Shown here in pieces: positions 35,001-38,124 of a stretch of 64,000 nt of DNA. The translations under genes and the position numbers were made by a program. The notes below the pieces were generated by a model. It had not been told where the DNA came from. It searched no databases and saw only the letters and a list, made by a program, of their open reading frames with translations. The number at the start of each line of letters is the position of its first letter. The stretch's first letter is position 1. The stretch is taken from NCBI GenBank assembly GCA_003522085.1, contig DPGI01000004.1:11082-75081 (forward strand). The letters run 5' to 3'. This DNA comes from Clostridiales bacterium. Lineage in GTDB: Bacteria > Bacillota > Clostridia > Christensenellales > UBA1242.

Positions 35001-35320
35001 TAGCCCAAGAACAACAGACTGAGGCCGGTAAATACAAAAATTGTGGCTTTGAAATAAAAAGGCATAAAGGTCCAGGCGGCTCTTATCGACATTATTACAT
35101 AAACGATAATCACATGGTTTTTGAATCAAGCAAAGATACTGAGTGGAAAGATGGCTACGGACAAGGATTTATTGATGTGAATGGCAAGTTTATTTATAAG
35201 TGGGAAAAAGTGTACTTTTATTTTTTTACTAAATACACAGGCAATGCAAGCAAATATAAAGCTTTTATATATGTATATGGTGGTATTGTAGATGGTAAAA
35301 TTTCACCTTGGGAAGGATAA
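17027..35320 (+). CDS. Giant surface lipoprotein (6,097 aa) with Ig-like region, six or more GLUG-type beta-helix-like modules, a Gly-rich linker and a switchable C-terminal domain
   Basis: A single uninterrupted 18,294-nt ORF. The TTG start is 5 nt after AGGAGG (17016-17021). The N-terminus MKNKISKIFLALFSVFLLVGGGIFSAC|GKEQ is a signal peptide with a lipobox-like FSAC. The first ~1,000 aa are beta-rich and Big_2-like. Repeated modules have the pattern 'NP.xI..., F.G.LDGNG(Y/F).I.N..., VGLFG, GG(I/V/L)(V/I/A)G' (GLUG-motif type). They start near nt 20141, 23687, 25127, ~27950, 30371 and 34076. The C-terminus is a Gly-rich, partly G-X-Y stretch followed by a ~130-aa terminal domain. Confidence 0.9.
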   Translation: MKNKISKIFLALFSVFLLVGGGIFSACGKEQPQATIEVSSSDFAGDDYIEIDLGSSINTATITAKVTGASAGIVSVNNDYQDKIATSAVYDSKTESTVITIVGKSEGNAELILKSHGNGQRIIRVYVYSDILALDPSDELSEQYVVRGQSNILNPDKLLKFTSRPNGESNRKNVTWSLKTQDENLSIDGNVLTVGEDYQKFNTEASVEVYADSVYVDKRATIKLNVISPLPDFATYISRTSDAQGTELTEAGQAFNLVKNNDLNEEASLYARLVVPVSSKLNVTPKVYDAEGRTITDKLDITLFNSRIISNTNEIIYLIKAKSQIIEPQKLTVCFDVAYEKYSYTKESTKFAVDLVDVIDRIDVKSNNLSITKNESINVYDYYNNDSSYQFGHPFYVALGPDTVANSLAKYFVQVTIPAGRSINGTVLLSDQFGNPISFGEKIDSTALGDVYRSQPINNKTVVYLIAGNAFTNGDEIDCVFMSQQSESVNLPIKIRLYNSPKDNFDIDGGDLEYYLSTNKHDRKIVEISSSSLMGIDKAGVKLSYEENDKIKVSNYQFDSETGKISFTIENLALNLSGNDAKLAIKVEHKNGFVSKQEIIVSAFIPLKNAYVNYQGQSTTAVSKTEYGKQNFNSTNVEGEGDNTLTRLVLKTGSTVSMTFNSNCNANVAFKFVKGVNLDTIEDENAKLQELINATEDTSVNNPLANAGRMTMPSVDVKGYALVTFTGYDEDHQEITFYRYFALEGYTSPTRLTANVDEKGVELFAADSISSEDTQLSTSRITIRYRTDGLPVTYFGNGNGATVNIARGNTISISNENHTNETISFDVTALTTNGYSAWEDQILVSYKVFNSVYYAQINVSIKNAQRVEKVVYTNQNPDDGIIYLDVNGTTSNERNAVILTSVTPSNAYNQELRYIFVADSGTQSDLVSVNELGAVSFKAGTRVGGTGYIYVLPKDAIRNIGGAQGIKYYVDGDDNVKNVLLTEIATKYDEITTKGYFKGKILDKEKNIREKIYYKDSLLKIRVVVADGASEETATRIYNANSLKNIDLNRHYELMNSISLDSNWTKLAGTLNGTLRGHNSNVTIRFNGGGSIFENIGKGAKVYNLNLAGNVKGSGMLAQTNEGSISNVNVVVYSEGATIKSSTITGKGYVGGIVGINKGTIQDSAVEGATIVSDSGEASLSDIAGGIAGQNSGKILNSKVEFYNIDKVGGTNIVNTFKAFYVGGIVGELTEGATIEKSYAYNYSNKYPLSSVYPQDTKLSALITADDNPGESITKSDFQAVSGAIVGKTIRYDETKNLGYVVNSFAILAPKEEEENISWVGQNGKWVYTKSGSGYILALTNGGSISDSYWGYTKQTTVGTTERWIVSGDGFKEYVRDGAAHLTFYQAQAISEGVVNGFFVKDVKESNSAKALAITKDASGNPVDDQGLLFIKSLKDSSGLDDGERSSLRALNTISVARLLGISDENVNKIVISSDSSDITIDGKNIILLNRSDEVAITVSSKYDFTIKKQFTFKIIYAVDEFTIWHDGIETSGFTLQEGRPDGVSFTIKDFVYIGNSGNKFEIKLEDFVITPSLEEIENLSDLVTFKTDGMTASILARRGTKDLLTKNSKEFFEAYVQIDLKNVDGEYKATVQKFTKKTLQIYPTKGAQTIRVPVDQINIEPAYQSNLNVVLVTDDNNDQLNLSLAFGDTVLSKEQTGNIYTFSLNGTKRIQIVAEAQKYDSTNALRNYALTITVCDEYRSQISESENYTLSLTSQSGTADNEPVNVNITLSTQMINNIDMTNYKAGTTLVENGVVYYSHETETISVISPGRNTMMQVAIDPTFAYYDHMTLTFENADGAILGITALDEGGTNGYKVDYSAVQIDGGVRLARRSSGNYNFRLYAAANITTDTVFYVVASFLDKNNNLVVPAQRYELYVSYLPEAEITVNGDISAVVAKGGSLDLVMLLKSDQEIESLVANNVRGITISPQSTWTIEDNGNGTKTMRAKLYAGLNAGIKGTTETEYVNGEFALTAVVSRIFNGAREEKRSSAYITIVDFLPEKATIKNAREKDNSSNLVLDSYIGIPVAVDFDYTFNPEEYGYDHSSDGDITLVNDLIQARQEFEQKRYYANENAGFYINYDKESNQVIPITQRIKVGNQMARFVQSSEDENVWTFNYTKFRLNYNSKTNMLTVLGLSSTASPVTVTLIDEIYVASSGKAIKYTIETPFAIDVVTYSDADLPLLIRDEEEFLKVANEGTAQNYILLNDITLKNYTPISANMFKMLDGNGYSINIESFNMEGSGTLNLALFTSIPATTTIKNLKVNYYNGGKINVDTTSSGYTSINVAGLAITNAGIVTNTQVIAYQNADAQIIHNNSVGLQVNLMRGSTPYYIDDNSSVKAQIAGFVLTNTGSITNSRVGGESIVVIGDQIGDTNYTYYSNVALNQFVLSGQGDMAGFVLTNSGSIVASGASNIQITNLSTAAKTSTAGFAVANGGNIRTSYVEGSKDPSEATQYHLKGSSISSKGTVAGFVVNNTANGVIANAYSNIFISNNDESQSRTSAGFVYKNEGKIAYSYSASRVEKANILQTNFSGVDSNGNSLNLGKIELSYYYIQDYADDTSEDIQGAIENQATLINKDAVNSENAYYGFIFSSSTSLQDGLWKIDADAEEGVKLICRNEVTVSHRYYFSISEDEYALPYSILRNQENTAGVEYNTELGNDCNPILISNANEFKEAMGESKSIYVQKFYNKDKVFGAYRFVSDIMLSDLNNELGNAEVKSIDKIFAGKLDGNGFTIKNISIKSSNNSVGLFGEINSGIVRGVNLEVDNITASNSYTVGALTGLAKNSIISNVALTQKTVTSGGSNSGKGVLGRNITGGIIGSAFGDCYITGLTSTDVIVQSSFYNDEKDGYEKYLDNTFNSKTIRQNENQLRARFFSDDGIGSVSFAGGVIGYSDTYLTNEISSLEFVYGQNLNDSRYAIKKLVVNGSVDVRGEVVGGVIGFTGINTKAKDISLTISKGDGLSNNLLSYNGFAGSIVGYANGQFHQVYAEHDEKTQDLIETSTKNYYKDGNAETERGELALFKFKEASTGAYKYEPVYVGGLMGVMDAGAITVAYSKINAINHSETGYAGGIAGLVKDSSQFTVSVESLGQTAKTSLLLNEVYASGDVYANGEKVEEKTVIGFAGLFGKLSTNTKLTMMSVNAVNHYGIVGNSAKYKNGIYAIAPNANATNVQVFPAVVATDGLAQGDIASAKSFGYMSDYSPKDANDNVKVIPYEGFVDADYFFKITAVTSFTSSEDGYTETNGAFINSNAWDSDNWTHKITDLYPRINLINKLNYIYLDVYNKVSVVAKMQNSSIEVRVRGKKSVNENVYENVDLTDVIGAGIQNYSGKLVGGTDSTWGTGFGPITLVANKPGGYPGIIINNTLFASTGSGVSISNLNIIVRNDNVANPQTIPNEGSNGGRLSIKGGLISKAEVIRGKFENVKLHVNELIYLTPDGAGKAGLLVPSANSTSFRNITFNFFGPDNDYMVLVKNTTNTINAGLLAGSIVQASKYEAVKVQDISIRQNNFATGPIKLLKVQGIQDSGTSSGTGSGTSSKTNNVGLYVGSITSASEGNVAAVVLSAKAPDVWDGTAPVDSEKGVQSIIEVTGDGGTVNFGGYFGSVQAAGTTLTLYKEKDYVQKLKLSNAVTTSRLNEGGLIGDAALQSFTIINQTGNDEKVVLNTELEFSQDQSDTNIGSMFGHVSGTFTIDNTYGGIQAKITTVAPSESSTKPKLDPKIGENGETYGLGGIIGKNEANITIKNLTVKLGIGDNNSVGLAAGASVGGVIGDENNAVDWTSKGASVGGVIGTNSGIITTDDNSNIEFNVGSEIINISMPQYYGNFVGYNTEPITLTNFNTNANIKISGKESGIGSYGGIVGQTSGSVTIGQNTQSVKINSTFDINCNSAQSFELGGVIGNINQEYQMGSSEPVKITTLNNIIFSGAFKLTLSQTNVSHSIGGLIGKIKAAKKVSLTSNLVYGDVIYTYSKATAQLSTYHFGGLIGSGAGKLKQASALTELATKGFYSNDNIIAFTNNNSRKAVGTVSNPPDPIGTHVNAICGTNSDLGSQSDVYCSQLVLATNDQATDLAYADKTSANGYKTISNSESIIAKATQFDTELTTTSMPDGHKFKPITSGEAKTTGLNGITYYTTKYPNVTDATLTSAAFIGDFKDFRTEYGYSPINIVGQKAFVSGVVIDCNISDTDTTGFTDSVGGIAKKLQDGIIFACKATGKLSVGGTTTLNVGGIVGLMQTGRIAECYSSVDIVYRAGKNGDTLGNAAAVAVTSGENKEINFIENTYATGEVASYISANLYAFTNGANAFVQNSYTISHISAKDHTSIDMSSNVELGIFGSADTTACSYDENGTECLENQDKNGFKGNNKVSNVSYKNGTELTGLTSGWVADINNNYGYMRRNFKAFESSSSEKIGDITYLLIPNATKLYQMTNDTTTTAQTVNSSYKLTRDIDLSKTTYNNKSAQPAIVISGKTFEGDNHTIKNVTATLFSNVTTLNNLRVTTVVDGDKGSGITGSAVVANEVGTATNVVATGILTGDDTTVGGLFATATGALKNCKNYVKIDVINKTGAKVGGIAGEGKGATECINYSPINVSSSTGSYVGGIFGKGTEKTEKIENCGNENTVFNGYTAGGDGNYYAAGIVGSSSAQISSCYNTAMIKAGNKNINASGETKAYAAGIVADGTNVANDADKKCYNSGHIEALGSLAGALKSPTVTNGIITDNNQAYKINFEFNSADIINVKAGSITGDGNDNSSSYVFRNGLHGKYTNEIDAGSLENEHADETGLDINGLNIKASDQTAHVASIDEMGVPKSFFVTSTRNIKYPGIDKPKSQIRYTTTKSVTETYYKTSILNGQNAIKINGNDTTISQEIGKIRTTISNQTPNAGSANEKVDISGETYMFVSLGSGFAQVANSTTRTEEISILGSTTVSGNKTITELDNAGYTFRITDLIVSEVANASDLTVSSQPSYSNNNLKFTVSYNCVPTTATSAKLSYKITAEKANGTITINLVQSNIFEENGNTVIYLEGQKDTAGNNINISGLTNGQEYTLTVNGEPKKFKYASATKTLSRSENLLKTWKGKPATINLNEGKTTTINETSYASSNVEDVEIDTSESDQTEIRRLYTSVSVRNGDEGDAVMDGVKVIKDRTYQWNEKNGKVDKHRLRTTRRVKGKVNSVSISSAWGNHTFTIQGGGENAWWHVPQGLHDPFYLDVWWDNMDGEGYSKVYFDVQGSANLGDEAQTRFANVNITFNLDGSNYNSYNTFKDSYVKTTATSSYDKIESEYQKNGDKVLRITGYPTSAYGNTSIYATDYYYYQSYQLTKVTATAANTNATLVYTFNGEVKNIYPSDSNKAASFENIASGTKNTLTRNVVTISGLTVNATKGQISNSESCAVLYERVLKLTSQNAITSNSDDSTITIGDTNYTYELTGKAGDANRQLAKFNGAEVAGEEISVGRATYSYEVDGDGLSLYQRFIGDKGKLSLPKETNEIIIKYGFDANGDIVIAGYQVNSNGMVTIDGTAYYKLEDDKVISREPKFTESNGQTTIYFYGEINVYSYIEYSVDIKVADDYKTFNLVNQKSELGITGQDCNFIDSNAYEGQTIDGQTISYENNKIIVSAGRASGARSIDLIYSSFTSVDINKAIYRSEEQTAVTINNMILKRDIDVGHINNSYSNSGFGGKISGDGYIINYTSENASLFNQVSSNNNFVKDLSVAGSIITDGTSTTSNYGMLAKTISTGIKNISTYGSISHITTRAIKAGGIAYEINGSAQNLNNFVSYSAFNYAYDGTTECGMMGIMWNKGTDNSISYANNYGTIIGFRGKDGADGTSTDKAGDDGEDGQNVYAISSQNVTSANNYGIVKAGDGGNGGRGADGVGGSDKTDGTAPTTGIIGGSEGEQGKPGSAYVASQDDTLSKCSNALKSEIGKKGKKGNSGWGGLNLSENLIDEKELVGLSYLHWEFYANAGVAQEQQTEAGKYKNCGFEIKRHKGPGGSYRHYYINDNHMVFESSKDTEWKDGYGQGFIDVNGKFIYKWEKVYFYFFTKYTGNASKYKAFIYVYGGIVDGKISPWEG
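34640..34736 (+). repeat. Left arm of a perfect 97-bp inverted repeat (inside the giant CDS)
   Basis: ATCTCTTCGCAAAACGTAACTTCTGCGAATAATTACGGCATAGTCAAAGCCGGCGACGGCGGCAACGGCGGCCGAGGTGCCGATGGAGTTGGCGGCA. I reverse-complemented 35937-36033 block by block and it is identical, 97/97. Confidence 0.95.
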
Positions 35321-35936
35321 AAAAACGGCTAATATAGCCGTTTTTTTTATTACCAAGCAGAAATATTTGCATCCATGATGCCAGAATATGCATAACGACA
35401 GAATTTAATATCCTTAGGGAACAAATTTCCTGAGTTGGTCTTGACAGATATTTTACCTGTCCAGTATACAGCAAAATAATCTTGAATTGTCATATTGTCA
35501 AAATTAACTTCATATTCATGAACAGCCACATCAGCATGTATATTTAAGTATAATATATAAGAAGTATAAAATTTAGGATTTTCATACCCACGCGGACGCA
35601 CAACAACCTTACTTTCTATAGTGTTTGTTGATGCTTCGCCATTAGTCCCTGTGGCATGCCTGTAAATTGTCTCTTGCAAGATATCTCTATCTTCAAGCCA
35701 AACTCCATTAGAATAATCACAAAGTCGGTTGCTAACTGCAACTGTTTTTGTTTTAGAAACTTCATATTTATTTAAATTTAATCCGCCCCAACAACCATTG
35801 CCATTCTTTCCATCTTTGCCGTTTGTTGCTTTTTCTTCTTTATTAAATAAATATGCCGTGCCTGCTGTCCCTTTGTCCCCACCTGTTCCGTTTTGAGTCC
35901 CGTTTATTGGAGCGTCTTCTTTTTTAATGCTATCCT
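34737..35936. other. Putative invertible 1,200-bp segment carrying two opposed C-terminal cassettes and a shared terminator
   Basis: The segment is bounded exactly by the two 97-bp arms. It contains cassette CT1 (34737-35320, + strand, currently expressed), a bidirectional terminator (35321-35348) and cassette CT2 (35936-35350, - strand). Confidence 0.7.
35321..35348. terminator. Bidirectional intrinsic terminator shared by the two C-terminal cassettes
   Basis: AAAAA, stem CGGCT (35326-35330), loop AATAT, stem AGCCG (35336-35340), then TTTTTTTT. The A-run and T-run flanks are symmetric, so it works in either orientation. Confidence 0.75.
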
Positions 35937-36033
35937 TGCCGCCAACTCCATCGGCACCTCGGCCGCCGTTGCCGCCGTCGCCGGCTTTGACTATGCCGTA
36001 ATTATTCGCAGAAGTTACGTTTTGCGAAGAGAT
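35350..36033 (-). other. Promoterless, start-less alternative 3' cassette (CT2) for the giant gene, including the right repeat arm
   Basis: The minus-strand frame reads ISSQNVTSANNYGIVKAGDGGNGGRGADGVGG, identical to giant aa ~5872-5903. It continues with a diverged 195-aa ending (KDSIKKEDAPING...GKDGKNGNGCWGGLNLNKYE...YSGIMDANISAW*) that is homologous in layout to CT1 (...KGKKGNSGWGGLNLSENL...YGGIVDGKISPWEG*). The only upstream in-frame 'start' is a TTG at 36135 with no RBS. Confidence 0.75.
35937..36033 (-). repeat. Right arm of the perfect 97-bp inverted repeat
   Basis: Exact reverse complement of 34640-34736. Identity ends abruptly at both borders: outer flank CAT|ATC here versus GCA|ATC in the giant gene, and inner flank GGCA|AGG here versus GGCA|GTG. 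Confidence 0.95.
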
Positions 36034-36120
36034 ATGGGCGCGGGAGAGCGAGCGGAGCGAGCGGGGGCGGCGTGAGCCGGCTAAAAATTTTGCGGGCAAA
36101 ATTTTTGCTCCCGCGCGGTG
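36034..36120. other. Short, strongly GC-rich non-coding island abutting the right repeat arm
   Basis: GGGCGCGGGAGAGCGAGCGGAGCGAGCGGGGGCGGCGTGAGCCGGC has 40 G/C in 46 nt by my count, in a high-30s % GC background. It contains a 9-bp tandem AGCGAGCGG x2. A long-range stem pairs GCGCGGGAG(A)GC with GCTCCCGCGC, enclosing an AAAAATTTT/GCGGGC/AAAATTTTT palindrome. Confidence 0.6.
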
Positions 36121-36163
36121 TGGAGAGAAATGCAAAAAAATATTAGAAAACAGGCGAAATCAT

Positions 36164-36192
36164 TTGCGTTAGGAAGGCGAAAATGATAAAAT
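36164..36192 (+). promoter_or_regulatory. Sigma-A-type promoter for radC
   Basis: TTGCGT (36164-36169), 17-nt spacer including an extended -10 TGa, then TAAAAT (36187-36192). Confidence 0.5.
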
Positions 36193-36218
36193 TTTGTCTG
36201 AAATAAAGGGCTTTGATT

Positions 36219-36920
36219 ATGGAAGAAAAGAAGAATATGCATGCAGGGCACAGACAAAGGTTGCTTGAAACTATTCTTGACGCAGGTCTAGATAAGGTCA
36301 GCAATGTTCAAGCATTAGAATTTATTTTAACATATGTAATCCCTCGTTGCGACACAAATGAACTTGCTCATCGTTTGCTGGACAAGTTTGGAACAGCGGC
36401 AGATGTTTTGAATGCAGATTGGGAATATGTGGCAGAAGTTGAAGGCATGGGTGAAACTTCAGCAAAGAAGCTTCATCTGTTTGTTGAAATTTTTGATTAC
36501 TACACAGAACAACAACTTGCGAAACGTTATGTATTTGAATATCGCAGTGATATTTCTGATTTCTTTGAAGAGCTTTTACGTTTTAAACCAGTTGAAACAA
36601 CATATATAGTCGGCATTGATGCTTCGAATCGTGTTAGATCAAAGATTAAACTTGGCACTGGTGGAATTAACAGTGTTGGGGTTAGCACACATCAAATTGC
36701 AAAGTTTGTAACTAGTTCGAAGCCTACATACATCTTTCTTGCTCACAATCATCCAGGCGGCAAGGCTTTGCCATCTCAACAAGATGTAGAAGGGACGGCA
36801 GTTGTTCGCACTTTGCTTAGCAGTTTGAATGTGCCATTAGCCGATCATATAATTGTTGGTATTGACGGCGTTTACAGTATGGAGCACGAAACATATTTTA
36901 GAGAATTTAGGACCAATTAA
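36219..36920 (+). CDS. radC: RadC-like JAB/MPN domain protein
   Basis: N-terminal HRQRLLE... helix-hairpin-helix-like region (GMGETSAKKL) and a JAB motif (LAHNHPGG...PSQQD). ATG 36219 follows AAGGG. Confidence 0.85.
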   Translation: MEEKKNMHAGHRQRLLETILDAGLDKVSNVQALEFILTYVIPRCDTNELAHRLLDKFGTAADVLNADWEYVAEVEGMGETSAKKLHLFVEIFDYYTEQQLAKRYVFEYRSDISDFFEELLRFKPVETTYIVGIDASNRVRSKIKLGTGGINSVGVSTHQIAKFVTSSKPTYIFLAHNHPGGKALPSQQDVEGTAVVRTLLSSLNVPLADHIIVGIDGVYSMEHETYFREFRTN

Positions 36921-37279
36921 ATTTTTATAAATTTTGCAATAATTGAACCTAAAAGACCACCTATCATTGAAAAAACAGCGATAAAAATTAGCAAAAGCCA
37001 ATATTTTGGCTTTTCTTTTTTGTTTTTTTCTTCCTTTTCAGTTATTTGGTTTCCTATTGGCAAAACGCATAAACAATAAACGTTTTCATCGTCGTATTTT
37101 ACATGTATGCATTCGCTTCTTTCTAAATATGTGATAATATGGTCAAGATTTTCTTCATCGACTCGATATTTTGCGGGCATGGCAGATATAATGTCACTTT
37201 TGTCGATCACTTTGTATCCTGAACCATGACACTCTTTTTGTAATATCTTTAATATTATGGTTGATTTTAAGTCTAGCAT
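36917..37279 (-). CDS. Small protein with a winged-helix-like N-domain and a C-terminal TM anchor (paralog A)
   Basis: 120 aa. The pattern ILKILQKECHGSGYKVIDKSDIISAM...LDHIITYLERSECIHVKY...YCLCVLPIG is followed by a KEK-rich linker and a TM helix (WLLLIFIAVFSMIGGLLGSIIA). It is homologous to the protein at 38123-38482. Its stop overlaps the radC stop (TTAA). Confidence 0.55.
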   Translation of the reverse strand: MLDLKSTIILKILQKECHGSGYKVIDKSDIISAMPAKYRVDEENLDHIITYLERSECIHVKYDDENVYCLCVLPIGNQITEKEEKNKKEKPKYWLLLIFIAVFSMIGGLLGSIIAKFIKI

Positions 37280-37368
37280 AGTTTACTATTTGTATTTTTA
37301 ACTGAATAATGCATGAAAGCAATATCAGTTTAAAAATCGACAAAGTTAGACAAAAATAAAATTTGCTA

Positions 37369-37398
37369 TTGACTTAGGGTGCCGTATTGTGGTAAAAT
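37369..37398 (+). promoter_or_regulatory. Sigma-A-type promoter with extended -10
   Basis: TTGACT (37369-37374), 18-nt spacer, TGgTAAAAT (37390-37398). Confidence 0.55.
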
Positions 37399-37422
37399 AT
37401 TATTAACAAAGAGGGGAAGTAA

Positions 37423-38055
37423 ATGATGAACAAAAATTGGGCTAAAGAAAGAGCTGATGGAAAAGTTATAGTTCCAGAAGAATACGAAGACATGCCTCAA
37501 GAATGGCTTGAATCATTTGGTTATATTAGAAAGGAAGACATCAAAATTACTGATTATGATGAAGAGTTGGCACAATGTCTTAGCGAACTTATTGAAGTTC
37601 CATTTGAAGATTTGAAACCATATCTTGCAGATAATATAAATAAAATTTTTATCAACGGCAATGAATTTAAAGCCGTTTTTGAGGAAGCTAAAAACAATTA
37701 CGCACAAGCGTTAAACGAAAATAATAAATTGGTTAGATTGTTTACAGAGTCTTTTGCTCCAAAGTATTATTATGAATCGCAATTAAAGTTTATTTTTGAA
37801 GCAATGAGAGATAAAGAAGCGATGAGCCGTCAATTTAGATGGGCAGACGAAAAATTGGATAAATTGTTTGATAACAGATCTTGCGGATACAGTGTTTCAA
37901 ACTCTGATATTGATGAAGCAAATGACGAATATGAATATTACCATAATAAATTGCAAGAAGCAAATCAATATCACAAAGAATTAAGACAAAAGATGGCAGA
38001 GATGGCTTGTCCAGAACTTGTTGCAAAAAAAGGCGACGGAGAGGTATCGCTTTAA
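37423..38055 (+). CDS. Acidic cytoplasmic protein (210 aa), function unknown
   Basis: ORF with a GAGGGGAAG RBS, a strong promoter upstream and a terminator-like hairpin downstream. I recognise no motif in it. Confidence 0.6.
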   Translation: MMNKNWAKERADGKVIVPEEYEDMPQEWLESFGYIRKEDIKITDYDEELAQCLSELIEVPFEDLKPYLADNINKIFINGNEFKAVFEEAKNNYAQALNENNKLVRLFTESFAPKYYYESQLKFIFEAMRDKEAMSRQFRWADEKLDKLFDNRSCGYSVSNSDIDEANDEYEYYHNKLQEANQYHKELRQKMAEMACPELVAKKGDGEVSL

Positions 38056-38082
38056 TAGGTGTCTAAAATAAAGAAAAAATGG

Positions 38083-38124
38083 AAAAAAAAGAGTAGCCGA
38101 ACAAAGGAGCGGCACTCTTTTTTT
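38083..38124 (+). terminator. Probable intrinsic terminator or attenuator
   Basis: A8 run, stem GAGT(A)GCCG ... CGGCACTC (8 bp with one bulge), then a T7 run. The TTG start of the next gene lies inside the T-run. Confidence 0.4.

Noticed and set aside
34640-36033. Diversity-generating retroelement (TR/VR pair) as the explanation for the repeat
   Set aside because: There is no reverse transcriptase gene in the window. The two copies are inverted and 100% identical, whereas a TR/VR pair would differ at adenine positions. Each copy is also followed by a distinct full-length C-terminal domain.
34640-36033. The inverted repeat as an assembly artefact
   Set aside because: I cannot exclude this without reads. 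Against it, the interior is unique sequence, both arms preserve the reading frame, the second cassette is a diverged homolog with its own stop, and a symmetric terminator sits between the two cassettes. That degree of organisation is unlikely to arise from misassembly.
35350-36135. The 261-aa minus-strand ORF as an independent gene
   Set aside because: Its 'start' is a TTG with no RBS. The first ~34 codons (HFSPHRAGAKILPAKFLAGSRRPRSLRSLSRAH) simply read through the GC-rich island and are Arg-rich, unlike anything else in this genome. Recognisable protein sequence begins exactly at the 97-bp repeat. It is better explained as a silent 3' cassette.
36219-36920. RadC as the recombinase that drives the inversion
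   Set aside because: The protein has a JAB/MPN-type motif (HNHPGG) and a helix-hairpin-helix region. It has no serine-recombinase or tyrosine-recombinase signature. Its adjacency is noted, but I claim no mechanistic link.
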